This document shows, piece by piece, positions 37,865 to 47,417 of a stretch of DNA of 64,000 bases (position 1 is its first letter; each line of letters opens with the position of its first letter). Where the stretch lies: positions 124,001-188,000 of the IMG/VR virus record IMGVR_UViG_3300042544_001590; one strand, written 5' to 3'. Made by a program: the position numbers and the translations under genes. Below the pieces are notes generated by a model that was given only the letters and a program-made list of their open reading frames with translations, did no database searches and had not been told where the DNA came from.

Positions 37865-38165
37865 TGATCAACCGGAGGAAATCTTCAAGGATGAGCAGGT
37901 TTTGGAAGTTCTTCGGGAATCCCTGAAAAAGAAGCTTAGGAATGAGCGTAAGAAAGGTTCTCCACCACTGACAAATGATGCTCTGAAGGCTATTTTAAAG
38001 GAGTTCATGGTTTGTGGGAAACTTTTCGGATATGATCTGGATGGGAATGTCGTGGAAATCGCATTCCACGACAATAAGATGGAGGATAATGCCATGCAGA
38101 ACCTTTTTATTCAGAAATTTGGAGAGTTCATGGCTGGTAGGATGAATATTTTGGATGATTTTTAA
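37842..38165 (+). CDS. hypothetical protein
   Basis: 107 aa ORF. Confidence 0.65.
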   Translation: MNMAKKDDDQPEEIFKDEQVLEVLRESLKKKLRNERKKGSPPLTNDALKAILKEFMVCGKLFGYDLDGNVVEIAFHDNKMEDNAMQNLFIQKFGEFMAGRMNILDDF

Positions 38166-38180
38166 AAACTAGATTACCAT
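38162..38180 (+). promoter_or_regulatory. TTAAAAACTAGA motif, copy 3
   Basis: TACCAT ends 6 nt before ATG 38187. Confidence 0.6.
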
Positions 38181-38186
38181 CCACGT

Positions 38187-38345
38187 ATGGGAAATTACAA
38201 CATATACGAAATCGAAACATTTGACGATAAGTGTCCGAATTGTGGATTGGATATTTACCAATTATTACACGTTGAAGAGTGGGGTAGGACTTTTTGTGTC
38301 GATTGTTTGGACAGAGAACTTGAAAAATATGATAAACATTTTTAA
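38187..38345 (+). CDS. small CxxC...CxxC zinc-finger protein (52 aa)
   Basis: Manual translation ...KCPNCG...FCVDCL... Confidence 0.6.
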   Translation: MGNYNIYEIETFDDKCPNCGLDIYQLLHVEEWGRTFCVDCLDRELEKYDKHF

Positions 38346-38604
38346 AAAACAAAAGATCAAAAAAGGTGACGTTTACGCAGTCCAAACTGGTGATTTCGTT
38401 GGGCAGCTATTCAATTTCATTAAAAAAGATGGGGATGATTACGTGTTTCTCTCCGTTCCAGATATAAAAATCCAAAGGGTTCCGATAGAAAAATTTGACT
38501 TTGGCAAAGAACATGAGATTATCGAATTCGTTGAACATCTCCCAAAAAATATCCGCCGCGTTATCGAAGCCCAATACGAAGTCCTTGCAAAAGAGGATGA
38601 TTGA
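38329..38604 (+). CDS. hypothetical protein
   Basis: MINIFKKQKIKKGDVYAV... Confidence 0.6.
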   Translation: MINIFKKQKIKKGDVYAVQTGDFVGQLFNFIKKDGDDYVFLSVPDIKIQRVPIEKFDFGKEHEIIEFVEHLPKNIRRVIEAQYEVLAKEDD

Positions 38605-39619
38605 GTTTCCCACGGATTATGTGGTGTCCAAATTCTACGAATATGGATATAAAGTTTCTTTTAGCTCCCATAATGGAAATTATAATTGCTGTTGCCCCAT
38701 ATGCAGAGAGGGTAAAAGCTGGGGCAAAAAGAAAAGATGTTTCTACATTCCCGAAAATGACAATATCTTCTGTCATAATTGCGGTTGGTCGTCCAAACCT
38801 TTCAAATGGATTAAGGAAGTGTCGGGACTGTCATTCAATCAGATGGTGGATGAAATCGAGAAAGGTAATTACGGGATGATAAATGTCATGGACATGGAGG
38901 ATAAGCAGGAAAAGCCCAAATCAGCATCCCTACCCATTGATAGTATCAACTTATTTGATAAAACCCAGACGGATTACTACAAGAACAATAAGATCGTCCA
39001 AAAAGCTCTGGCTTACATCAAGGAAAGACGGCTGGATACCGCTGTAAATCGACCAGATGCCTTCTACATCTCTTTGAAGGATGAGAAGCATGATAAGCGT
39101 CTGGTGATCCCCTTCAAGGACGAGACGGGCAAGATTGTTTATTACCAAAGCAGACGATTGATGGATGATGAATCTCCTTCTTATCTCTCAAAAGATGGGG
39201 GTGACAAGAGTATCTTTGGAATTGAGCGCATATCCCCCGATCTGGATAAGGTTTTCCTTATTGAAGGTCCATTGGATGCCTGTTTTGTTAAAAATGGGCT
39301 TGGTCTGGGGGGTATTACTAAGGGAGATCAGCTTTTCACCGCATATCAACAGGAACAGATGGATGGTCTGAAGTTCTTTGAGCGTATTTGGGTGTTGGAC
39401 TCGCAGTGGATAGATGAAACGGCGCGAAAGAAGACCCTAAAGCTCATAGAAATGGGGGAAAAGGTGTTTATCTGGCCTGAATACGATGGTAAACGCTTTA
39501 AAGACATAAATGCCGTGTGTATGGCTTATGAAATGAACGAATATCCCACAGATTTGATTTTAAAAAATAGCTGCAAAGGTTTGGCAGCTACGGTAAAAAT
39601 GAAAATGATTAAAAACTAG
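38597..39619 (+). CDS. gp61: DNA primase (gp61-like)
   Basis: Zn-binding CPIC...CHNC, IPF.D..G.IVYYQSR, TOPRIM IEGPLDA. Confidence 0.9.
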   Translation: MIEFPTDYVVSKFYEYGYKVSFSSHNGNYNCCCPICREGKSWGKKKRCFYIPENDNIFCHNCGWSSKPFKWIKEVSGLSFNQMVDEIEKGNYGMINVMDMEDKQEKPKSASLPIDSINLFDKTQTDYYKNNKIVQKALAYIKERRLDTAVNRPDAFYISLKDEKHDKRLVIPFKDETGKIVYYQSRRLMDDESPSYLSKDGGDKSIFGIERISPDLDKVFLIEGPLDACFVKNGLGLGGITKGDQLFTAYQQEQMDGLKFFERIWVLDSQWIDETARKKTLKLIEMGEKVFIWPEYDGKRFKDINAVCMAYEMNEYPTDLILKNSCKGLAATVKMKMIKN

Positions 39620-39627
39620 AATATACT
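39609..39627 (+). promoter_or_regulatory. TTAAAAACTAGA motif, copy 4
   Basis: TATACT ends 6 nt before ATG 39634. Confidence 0.65.
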
Positions 39628-39633
39628 ACGATT

Positions 39634-39966
39634 ATGGAAATTGAAATTTTTGACCAACAAATTATTCAAAAAAAGTGGAAAAATTATGATGCTCATACGC
39701 AAGATTATTTACCACATATTGGTTACGGTGCGTCTGGTACATATGACTCTATAACAAAAAAGGGAACGATTAGATCGTATATGAAAAAATGTAAGGAACT
39801 TGAAAAGGCAGGTTACAAAAATTTAAAATTTTGTAACGGGGGCGATGACGACTGGTTGGTGGTAGATCACGATGCCAAAGAATTTGGATTTTTTGAAGAT
39901 TACGCTCCCTCTTTAGAAAGGGCTGTGAAATTTGACAACCTCACCACACTTTGGAATAATCATTGA
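39634..39966 (+). CDS. hypothetical accessory protein
   Basis: 110 aa ORF. Confidence 0.6.
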   Translation: MEIEIFDQQIIQKKWKNYDAHTQDYLPHIGYGASGTYDSITKKGTIRSYMKKCKELEKAGYKNLKFCNGGDDDWLVVDHDAKEFGFFEDYAPSLERAVKFDNLTTLWNNH

Positions 39967-40376
39967 GACTTTTTAGCAGTCATAAACGATTGTTGAAGAG
40001 CAGCAAGATCAGAAGCAATGCGACCAATCTTCACTTGTTGATTCTTCAGATTGCCCAACATCGACTCAGGATTGGCGGTAGCCAGAACGCTCTGAATGCT
40101 GTTTGGTTGATCACCATTGAGATAACCAAGGAACTTATCAATATTTGCATTCCACTTATCAACAACACTAACCATTTGCTCATTCTGACGAGCCATAGCA
40201 TCCCCAATCTCATCAACAGCGGATGGATCAACTTCCATATCCACATCATAATCATCCATGGCAACATCGTCGTCTAAGGACATCTCAGCAGCATCGCGCT
40301 CCAAATCAGGATCGATGTCAAGTTGGGGAGCTTCTTGGAGAATACGGAGGAATTTAGCGTGGAATTTATTAGCCAT
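39960..40376 (-). CDS. acidic late protein, putative head-internal
   Basis: TAAATA-N5-ATG; N-terminus ...ILQE-A. Confidence 0.7.
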   Translation of the reverse strand: MANKFHAKFLRILQEAPQLDIDPDLERDAAEMSLDDDVAMDDYDVDMEVDPSAVDEIGDAMARQNEQMVSVVDKWNANIDKFLGYLNGDQPNSIQSVLATANPESMLGNLKNQQVKIGRIASDLAALQQSFMTAKKSQ

Positions 40377-40412
40377 ACCTTTATTTAGTCAAAAGTGTTA
40401 AATATCTATATG
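40374..40412. promoter_or_regulatory. bidirectional late promoter cassette
   Basis: CAT-N5-TATTTA-N11-TAAATA-N5-ATG. Confidence 0.7.
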
Positions 40413-40760
40413 TCTGCTTCAAATTCTCCCTATTCCACCGCAATCGCCTCTGGTGCCATTGATTTCGACTTTGAAAGTTCGTTGAATCCTTCGGAACAGA
40501 TGCGAAAATACAAGACGGATGAGAAAGAAGCCAAGGCTCCCCACACTTTACCGTTTGAATTCGGAGAATTGCCCCAACAAATGGCAAATATCGTGGATAA
40601 TGCGTTTGCAGCGTCCAAAAATCTGGAAAATCTCCTGAAAATGGAGGAATTCCAGAAAAACGGGGAACTCATCAAGCTCAAGGGTAATCTGGAGAAGATG
40701 ATCATGTATTTGATGCAGAACGGGGATAAAACGCTTGAGAAATTCACGATTGGTGTTTAA
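40410..40760 (+). CDS. hypothetical late protein
   Basis: Start MSASNSPY at 40410 by promoter rule. Confidence 0.65.
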   Translation: MSASNSPYSTAIASGAIDFDFESSLNPSEQMRKYKTDEKEAKAPHTLPFEFGELPQQMANIVDNAFAASKNLENLLKMEEFQKNGELIKLKGNLEKMIMYLMQNGDKTLEKFTIGV

Positions 40761-40775
40761 AAACTAGACTACAAT
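40757..40775 (+). promoter_or_regulatory. TTAAAAACTAGA motif, copy 5
   Basis: TACAAT ends 5 nt before ATG 40781. Confidence 0.65.
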
Positions 40776-40780
40776 AGGGT

Positions 40781-40951
40781 ATGACTTCAAAAACACTTCA
40801 AGACTTCCCCAGAGATGAGCAACTTGCGATTCTGAAAGATATCTGTAACAAAATTTATATCGCTCGGAACATTTCAATGTCTCCTGACACGATTATTGAG
40901 AATCTGGAAGAGATTGATAGGCTTTTTCGAGATAACGAAAATTATAATTGA
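40781..40951 (+). CDS. small hypothetical protein (56 aa)
   Basis: Manual translation MTSKTLQDFPRDEQLAILKDICNKIYIARN... Confidence 0.55.
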   Translation: MTSKTLQDFPRDEQLAILKDICNKIYIARNISMSPDTIIENLEEIDRLFRDNENYN

Positions 40952-40960
40952 TGGTAATAA

Positions 40961-41368
40961 GTGGCACATATCCAAGGTAAAATAATGAAAAATCAGCAAA
41001 AATGGCTAACATCCAAGCTCAAAGGTTCTTGGGTGGACAAGGATGGACTATTGGAAATATGTATTTTTGAATCTCTTGTTCATTTTGTGGAGAAAGAGCG
41101 TGGTCTTTGTGATAATCTTGATGAATTATACAAAGAACAACTTGAGAAAGGGTATGTGACGCAAGAGACTGTTGATCTAATCAAGACCAGAGAAGGATTA
41201 CTCAAACATTGCTACGATTGGATTAAAGTGGAGCGGGTTGAAATACAAAAATTGCTTGACTCTATTGAGGATTGGAGAGAATATGAGCGGATTGAACAAG
41301 AACTTTATGATGAGGATTCAGCGGTAATGAAAATTATCATTGAACAGCGCGGATACCTCTGGACATGA
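40961..41368 (+). CDS. hypothetical protein
   Basis: 135 aa ORF; start uncertain. Confidence 0.6.
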   Translation: MAHIQGKIMKNQQKWLTSKLKGSWVDKDGLLEICIFESLVHFVEKERGLCDNLDELYKEQLEKGYVTQETVDLIKTREGLLKHCYDWIKVERVEIQKLLDSIEDWREYERIEQELYDEDSAVMKIIIEQRGYLWT

Positions 41369-41907
41369 AAATTATGAACGAAAAAACAAAAAGAATAGGA
41401 TTGCAAATATTGGGAGGAATTGGCATTTCCCTCGGATTGGCATTCGGGTTGACTACAAATGAGACAGATTTCCTACGGTATTTCGTATTATCTATGATTG
41501 GATGTGTAGTGGGAATGTTCTGGTGGGACAACCGCAAGCAAAAGGATGACAGGGTTGCCGATTTAGAGAACCAGCTTGAGAAAAAGCAGACTGATGAGCG
41601 TGTGATTGCTCTGGAAAAGATGCTTCAGGAAGCGGATGGCGTGATGGTTGAACAGGAGGATGTGATTAAAAACTACGAGAGTATGTTGGACGAAGCGACT
41701 GTTAGATTTCCCTGCAATTGTGGACAGAACATGTTTGAGGGGATATTCAAACCGGAGGAGGAATATGAAGTGAAATGTGATGCCTGTAACAACACGTATT
41801 CCGTCACTCTAAAGATTGATAGCATACTAATTACCGAACCAATTGAAGACTTGAACATAGATAATCTAATTAAAACAAAACTGAATGATAACAATAAAAA
41901 CAAATAA
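41365..41907 (+). CDS. membrane protein with coiled coil and C-terminal Zn ribbon
   Basis: Two hydrophobic helices, heptad region, CNC...CDAC. Confidence 0.65.
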   Translation: MKIMNEKTKRIGLQILGGIGISLGLAFGLTTNETDFLRYFVLSMIGCVVGMFWWDNRKQKDDRVADLENQLEKKQTDERVIALEKMLQEADGVMVEQEDVIKNYESMLDEATVRFPCNCGQNMFEGIFKPEEEYEVKCDACNNTYSVTLKIDSILITEPIEDLNIDNLIKTKLNDNNKNK

Positions 41908-42115
41908 AAAGGGGTTGGTCAAAATGACCATGGAGGAATTTGCAAAATGGGCTTGCTTGGTGGAAGCATTCCATTTCATTCAACAGAGGGCGGAAGAGCT
42001 TGAAGTGAATCCAATCAACATGATCAAACCAGCAGCAATCGAAAAGTATATTGAGGAAAGATTTGAGGCAATGCTTTGGGACACTCGGATTGAACATCAA
42101 TTAGGAAATATTTGA
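41885..42115 (+). CDS. hypothetical protein
   Basis: 76 aa ORF; start uncertain. Confidence 0.55.
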   Translation: MITIKTNKKGLVKMTMEEFAKWACLVEAFHFIQQRAEELEVNPINMIKPAAIEKYIEERFEAMLWDTRIEHQLGNI

Positions 42116-42940
42116 TAACATAACAGCTTCCACTTCAATCTTGTTCATATCATCCACGGATACAACACTTTTGAACTGTTCCTTGAGAACTTTGGTATCC
42201 TGTCCCAATTCGTGGTGTCCAATCATGTAATTGCGGAAGCGATCCTTTAGGTCGTTCTTGTATGGAATGCCAGCGGGACGTTCAAAGCGGTGTAGCCAGC
42301 GCAGGAAGGGCAAGCAGAGCGTCTTCTTACCGTGTTGGCGATACTTCTCATGGATATACTTCTCCTCGCCTCCAAAGCCCCGAAACGCCTTGTTAAAGCC
42401 CAACCATGAGTCTGTTCTACAAGAGAACAATCCCATGCCTTGGGCTGGTATTTCAAATGGGGGAGCATCAACATCCTTTCCTCTTTCATCTGTTTGCCAA
42501 GTTCCCCACATGTGGGAACTCCAAGTGTCGTCAAAGTGGGTGGAATAATGATGGAAATCGTCATATAGTAATGGACCTTGTAAAAGATTTCCAGCATCTC
42601 CCCCACAATCATACAAATGAATCAGCTTTTTCAAAGCACCGGGGACGATCATCACATGACTGTCCATGCAAAGGGTGTATGGGGTATCGGACAGGGAAAA
42701 AACCTTATTTTTAACGGTTGATGCGTTGTATTTGGTGAATGGTAGATACTGATAGGGTTCCTTGATCCAATTTGTCAGATTTCTATTTGATTGTCCATGG
42801 GGGGAATCTGGATTATTATCAATGATAATAAATTCAATATTATTTAGGACTTCTCGATGATATGTTCTAATGGCTTGAATGCTGAAATATAATCCGTCGT
42901 AATCATTGTAGGTGGGAATACCAATCGTGAGTTTTCGCAT
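42101..42940 (-). CDS. GT-A glycosyltransferase with ppGalNAc-T-like motifs
   Basis: LTIGIPTYN, MDSHV (DxH), GFGGEE...PFLRWLHRF. Confidence 0.8.
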   Translation of the reverse strand: MRKLTIGIPTYNDYDGLYFSIQAIRTYHREVLNNIEFIIIDNNPDSPHGQSNRNLTNWIKEPYQYLPFTKYNASTVKNKVFSLSDTPYTLCMDSHVMIVPGALKKLIHLYDCGGDAGNLLQGPLLYDDFHHYSTHFDDTWSSHMWGTWQTDERGKDVDAPPFEIPAQGMGLFSCRTDSWLGFNKAFRGFGGEEKYIHEKYRQHGKKTLCLPFLRWLHRFERPAGIPYKNDLKDRFRNYMIGHHELGQDTKVLKEQFKSVVSVDDMNKIEVEAVMLSNIS

Positions 42941-42951
42941 GTGAATAATTA

Positions 42952-43437
42952 TCAGAACCCAAGCTTTTTACAATAACTTTCACATTCAATAGGCACAACT
43001 GTTCCAGTTCTTGGAACAGTTGTTGTGGTCGTTGTGGTCGTAGTCGTTGTTGTGGTGGTCGTAGTTATTTGAATGGTGAATGGATTGAGAGATGTCGGGG
43101 GTATTAGATCAATAACTAACGGGGGAATGGTTCGTGTTGTAAAGTTCGGAATGACGGGGGAATTGATTACTGGTGGGTTTGGAGGGGGCGCACAGCAATC
43201 ACTTAAAGATGGTGTCGTGGAAGAACCTGATGGTGTTGTTCCAGTGGTGCTTGTGGGGGGTTCTGGCGTGGTGGTGCCTGAGAGAGTAGTGGTGGTGCTT
43301 GTGGGGGGTTCTGTAGTGATGGGGGGTTCTGGCGTGGTGCTGGTAGTACTCGTGGTGCCTGAGAGAGTAGTGCTGGTGCTTGTGGTGGGTTCTGGCGTGG
43401 TGGTGCCTGAGAGAGTAGTGGTGGTGCTTGTGGGCAT
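42952..43437 (-). CDS. mucin-like Thr/Pro/Ser-rich protein
   Basis: Repeats of TSTTTTLSGTTTPEP, long poly-Thr run, Cys-containing segments. Confidence 0.7.
   Translation of the reverse strand: MPTSTTTTLSGTTTPEPTTSTSTTLSGTTSTTSTTPEPPITTEPPTSTTTTLSGTTTPEPPTSTTGTTPSGSSTTPSLSDCCAPPPNPPVINSPVIPNFTTRTIPPLVIDLIPPTSLNPFTIQITTTTTTTTTTTTTTTTVPRTGTVVPIECESYCKKLGF
43258..43433 (-). repeat. coding tandem repeats in the mucin-like gene
   Basis: Three near copies of ggttctggcgtggtg...gtgcctgagagagtagt...gtgcttgtgg. Confidence 0.8.
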
Positions 43438-43460
43438 TACAGTGTCAAAGTATATTTACA

Positions 43461-43928
43461 TTATACGATCATATAATTTACATCGGAAACGATGTAAAAA
43501 GTGTTGGAATCGTTGGAAGCCGATAGTGTTGACCACTCAACCGAAGTGACCCGAACCAGATTATCAATCTGAACACCCCCCAGAGCTTGGTTTGTATCAC
43601 TAATCACACCAGAACCTCCAATTTTTTCCCAATCGGATAATAGAGAACCATCATTTACAGATAGGCGATATAATACATTCGCATCACTATTATATGCTAG
43701 ATCGCCAATTTCAGCAGGGGCAAAGATAGTAACATCTGGATTCGATCCTTTAAACACATTACCTGTCAACACTCCCCCATTATCAGCACCATTCCCGATG
43801 AAAAGACGTTCGGTATCGGTGGTGAATGCGAATTCCCCGGAATTTAAAAGGACATTTAAACGTTCTGCGTTAGTTCCTTGACGGGCAAGCAACTTTAAAA
43901 GGGTGTCGTTGGTGATTGATATTGACAT
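43461..43928 (-). CDS. tail-fibre N-terminal (Mtd_N-like) module protein
   Basis: RQGT.AER......GEFAFTTDTERLFIGNG motif. Confidence 0.65.
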   Translation of the reverse strand: MSISITNDTLLKLLARQGTNAERLNVLLNSGEFAFTTDTERLFIGNGADNGGVLTGNVFKGSNPDVTIFAPAEIGDLAYNSDANVLYRLSVNDGSLLSDWEKIGGSGVISDTNQALGGVQIDNLVRVTSVEWSTLSASNDSNTFYIVSDVNYMIV

Positions 43929-43929
43929 A

Positions 43930-44988
43930 TTAGTATGTGAAGATTGGGATTGCGAATCTATTTACCGTTTTTCCGGTTTCGGATGTATTCCCCGCAAATG
44001 TGATGAATCCAGCGGAAGATAAGGTGATTGATATGGAAGAAAGACCATTGGAAGACAGTGCTGTGAAACTTGTCAATTGTATTCCGGGAACCACACCATC
44101 CGTGAGTTGTGATGGACTACCATTGAATAGTGTGGATAGGGAATTATTGGTGGAATTTCCAGTCAGAGTATCATAAATTGTCAGCGCGTCCTTGGAAATG
44201 GCTTCCCAATTTGATAATGCCGTGGATGGCAATGATTGTAATTGGTAGATTACTTTATCAACCGATGCAGTGTTCCCTACTTTGGCGGGAAGTCCACTGA
44301 GGGCATTATAGGCAGACACGGGGAGGTGTGATTGGGTGTTTAGACCATAAGCTGAAATTCTGGCGTAATTTGCCGAAAGTATTCCAGACTGGAATGTGAA
44401 ATCGGTGGGGGAAACGGTCAGAGATATCGGTCTTCCATTACCACCACTCAATCCATTGCTAAATGAAGACGATAAAAGTTCTCTTGTAGTGATTCCACCA
44501 GTCTTGATTGAAAGTTGGTTGGATGATATTTCAAAAAAGTTTGTTCTATAATTTAGTTGGATTTTTCCATCAATGATATTGACACCATTTGTAACGGTGT
44601 TTGGGTTAATTTTGGAAGCGGATAATCCACTAACAGCCATATTAACGGTGGAAGACGAATCATATATAAATTCGGAAGAGAATTTGGTTCTCATGTCCCC
44701 CCAATTTGTTATGACACTATAAGGGGATGCTGTAAGCTGATACCAGATGGAATTAACGGAAACTAAGTCTCCAACTTCAGCCAAAGTGGTGCTAAGGCTA
44801 TAATAATTATTCAGAGGGGGGTGAATTTTGCTGGAAACTGGATTACCCCCACTCAACACTCCATTACCAACGAATAGACGTTTGGAATCTGTTGCGTGAA
44901 CAAGTTCTCCTTGGTCGAAACGGGTTGAATTGATCTCAGCGTTTGTTCCTCTACGAACTTTGATTTTTGAAATGTAAATGTCTGCCAT
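43930..44988 (-). CDS. tail-fibre-like protein with Mtd_N-like N-terminus
   Basis: IKVRRGT...QGELVHATDSKRLFVGNG; Ser/Thr/Asn-rich beta body. Confidence 0.65.
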   Translation of the reverse strand: MADIYISKIKVRRGTNAEINSTRFDQGELVHATDSKRLFVGNGVLSGGNPVSSKIHPPLNNYYSLSTTLAEVGDLVSVNSIWYQLTASPYSVITNWGDMRTKFSSEFIYDSSSTVNMAVSGLSASKINPNTVTNGVNIIDGKIQLNYRTNFFEISSNQLSIKTGGITTRELLSSSFSNGLSGGNGRPISLTVSPTDFTFQSGILSANYARISAYGLNTQSHLPVSAYNALSGLPAKVGNTASVDKVIYQLQSLPSTALSNWEAISKDALTIYDTLTGNSTNNSLSTLFNGSPSQLTDGVVPGIQLTSFTALSSNGLSSISITLSSAGFITFAGNTSETGKTVNRFAIPIFTY

Positions 44989-45000
44989 GGTTCTATTTTA

Positions 45001-45630
45001 TTATGTTAAGCGTTTCCATATATAAACACCAAAAGACGGTGGGGTGATGTTATGTGCTAATGATCCACCCGTTTCTTCTATAATATTACTGTAAGAACCA
45101 TATTCCAAAATGCTGTCCATACCAGAAAAACCGTTTCCGTCTCTGAGTGTGTCGGTGTTTTCTCCCCCGGTGCCGTTCCTTACTCTGTGGCTATGTGCTG
45201 GAATTTCATTTGTTGTTAATGTGTGTTGATATTCTCCAGCATTTGATCCGGGAGATATCGTTTTATTTACCCCGTTGGTATCCGTTCCAGTGCCAACTCC
45301 CGCCAAGAATACACCATCAGAAATTTTAACCCAAGTGGTTCCCACAAATCGAGTTTGGGGATTGACATCTAAAGTATCAAGATAAACTGCCCCGACCGGA
45401 TAAAGATAATCGATAATACTGGGATAACCAGTCAATGTGAGACAATCCGCTGATAAACACCCACTAACAGATGCACCGTTTCCAGCAGAACCCAACCTTA
45501 AAGAAGATTTGTTACCCAATCCATCATAAACAGGGGGTAAATTTGCTTCAGATAGTGGAACATTTGCAGTGTGTAGAACACCTTTGTAACTATCAGCGAC
45601 GAATAAATTGGTTAAATCTGGTAAAGCCAT
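45001..45630 (-). CDS. baseplate/tail-collar protein (gp10 C-terminal-like domain)
   Basis: YPVGAVY...NP...GTTWVKI...HTLT.NEIPAHSH...HNITPP..VYIWKR. Confidence 0.7.
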   Translation of the reverse strand: MALPDLTNLFVADSYKGVLHTANVPLSEANLPPVYDGLGNKSSLRLGSAGNGASVSGCLSADCLTLTGYPSIIDYLYPVGAVYLDTLDVNPQTRFVGTTWVKISDGVFLAGVGTGTDTNGVNKTISPGSNAGEYQHTLTTNEIPAHSHRVRNGTGGENTDTLRDGNGFSGMDSILEYGSYSNIIEETGGSLAHNITPPSFGVYIWKRLT

Positions 45631-45638
45631 ATTGTTAT

Positions 45639-47417
45639 TTATTCGGTGGATGTTAAGTTGGCAACTAATTGTTTTTGCAAGTTTGTCAATAATGTTAAAA
45701 TTCTTTGTAACATTAAAACGTTGATTGTTTCATTACCATTCATATAAAGATTGTTAGTGTCATATGTGATTTCCTGAATTTTGTTCAAAAACACATCATT
45801 TTTACCAATTGAATAGGAATTGGTGGCTTTGGTGTAAAGGGTTAATACATCTTTTAAAATATATGAGATGGTTTTATTTAAAAACAGACCAAAAGATGTG
45901 TCTGAACAACGGATACCGTCATATGTTTTCACCAAATCCAATGAAACGGATGCAAGATATGAATTTAATATATTTTGACGAATTGGATAGATTCTACCGG
46001 AATTTAGAAGAAACAAATAATTTTTATCTGATTTAGTAATACTATCAAACATATAATTAGTGAAAAAATTGGAATCCGTTGTTTCGGTGTTCCATTTTAA
46101 TACTCCATCACCGAATTTTTGTAAATAATTCTTGAATGTCTCTTTCTTCACATATTTTAGATTGTTTTCTCTCATTTGTCCCACTGGATATGTGGGGTTA
46201 GATATCATACGAGTGTGAGATTGCATAGTGCTATTCAAATAAAACACGTTTGAATCATAGGTTGAAAACGAAATTCTATAATTATCACTATCATTAAACT
46301 CGAAAATTTCCTGATCCAATAAACTGTTCTCTATATCAAGAGGGTCAAAAAATGTCACATGGAATTTTTCAGATTTTTTATGCAGGATGAGAACACAATC
46401 ATCAATAACCCTAATATTAACGTCCAATAGTTGATTAATACCAAGGGATTCTAAATTAAAGTCAACAATTTTATCAGTTGAATACTTATTTCTAAGAGTG
46501 AGGTTATCCCCTTCAATGGATGTTCTGTAATTATTGCCAAACCGTATGAATTCCGTGGAATATTCTGTGAGGTTATAAAATTTACGATTCCATTTACCAA
46601 TTAAATTTTTATATGCTTTTTGAGTTCCCCAAGTGAGAATTTCAGAATCAACATCCCCCAATTTAATACTGTCAATCAATACCAGAGTATCACATGTGAT
46701 ATAATTGATTGAATCATACACCAACAATTCCCCAAGAATGATGATTGTTATTTTATTTTCAAATTCATCATAATCAATCCCATATATCTCTTGCCCAAAT
46801 TCCAATTCTTGAATGGAATATTCAATATACCCCTCATCTGTAAATGATCCTTTAAGTGTATATAATTCAAATCCGGTGGAACAGAGGTATTTGAAAGTTT
46901 GATCCGAGCTAACGAATAATGCACCATATTTAATTTTTTCCAGAAATGCCCATTCCGGGGAATATCGAAATGGATCAATGTGGGAGATGTTTTTCTTCCC
47001 AAGCATGAGATCGTCATTTCTCATGTCAACGATGGTGGATGACAACCCGTAATAATGGGAGTCGTTTTCCGTGAAATTGATGATTTGAGGATTATTAACA
47101 ATCAGAGATTTGAAAACAATTAGATTATTCTGGTTGATGATGGATAATAATCTTTCCATCTCAACCTTGTTGAGAACATCAAAAACATTGGCTGTTATAT
47201 CGGATGTTTCCGTGATTGAATCAAATTGATTGTCAAATTCCATTTTATTGAGATAGAAATCTGAAATGAAAGTGTTCTTCGGAGTAAGTTGCTCAGAAGT
47301 CTCGCTTTTTTTGCGTTCCGTATATGCAACCCCTTCTTCAACGTGGAAGAATCCAGAGTAATCGGCACCATTTAAGGTAAATGCTTCACCGGATGTAAAT
47401 TTGAAATAGGAAATCAT
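45639..47417 (-). CDS. large structural (baseplate-region) protein
   Basis: 592 aa in tail operon. Confidence 0.65.
   Translation of the reverse strand: MISYFKFTSGEAFTLNGADYSGFFHVEEGVAYTERKKSETSEQLTPKNTFISDFYLNKMEFDNQFDSITETSDITANVFDVLNKVEMERLLSIINQNNLIVFKSLIVNNPQIINFTENDSHYYGLSSTIVDMRNDDLMLGKKNISHIDPFRYSPEWAFLEKIKYGALFVSSDQTFKYLCSTGFELYTLKGSFTDEGYIEYSIQELEFGQEIYGIDYDEFENKITIIILGELLVYDSINYITCDTLVLIDSIKLGDVDSEILTWGTQKAYKNLIGKWNRKFYNLTEYSTEFIRFGNNYRTSIEGDNLTLRNKYSTDKIVDFNLESLGINQLLDVNIRVIDDCVLILHKKSEKFHVTFFDPLDIENSLLDQEIFEFNDSDNYRISFSTYDSNVFYLNSTMQSHTRMISNPTYPVGQMRENNLKYVKKETFKNYLQKFGDGVLKWNTETTDSNFFTNYMFDSITKSDKNYLFLLNSGRIYPIRQNILNSYLASVSLDLVKTYDGIRCSDTSFGLFLNKTISYILKDVLTLYTKATNSYSIGKNDVFLNKIQEITYDTNNLYMNGNETINVLMLQRILTLLTNLQKQLVANLTSTE

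Noticed and set aside
43073-43549. 158-aa Val/Gly-rich plus-strand ORF
   Set aside because: Antisense shadow of the Thr/Pro repeats; the minus-strand gene fits the operon
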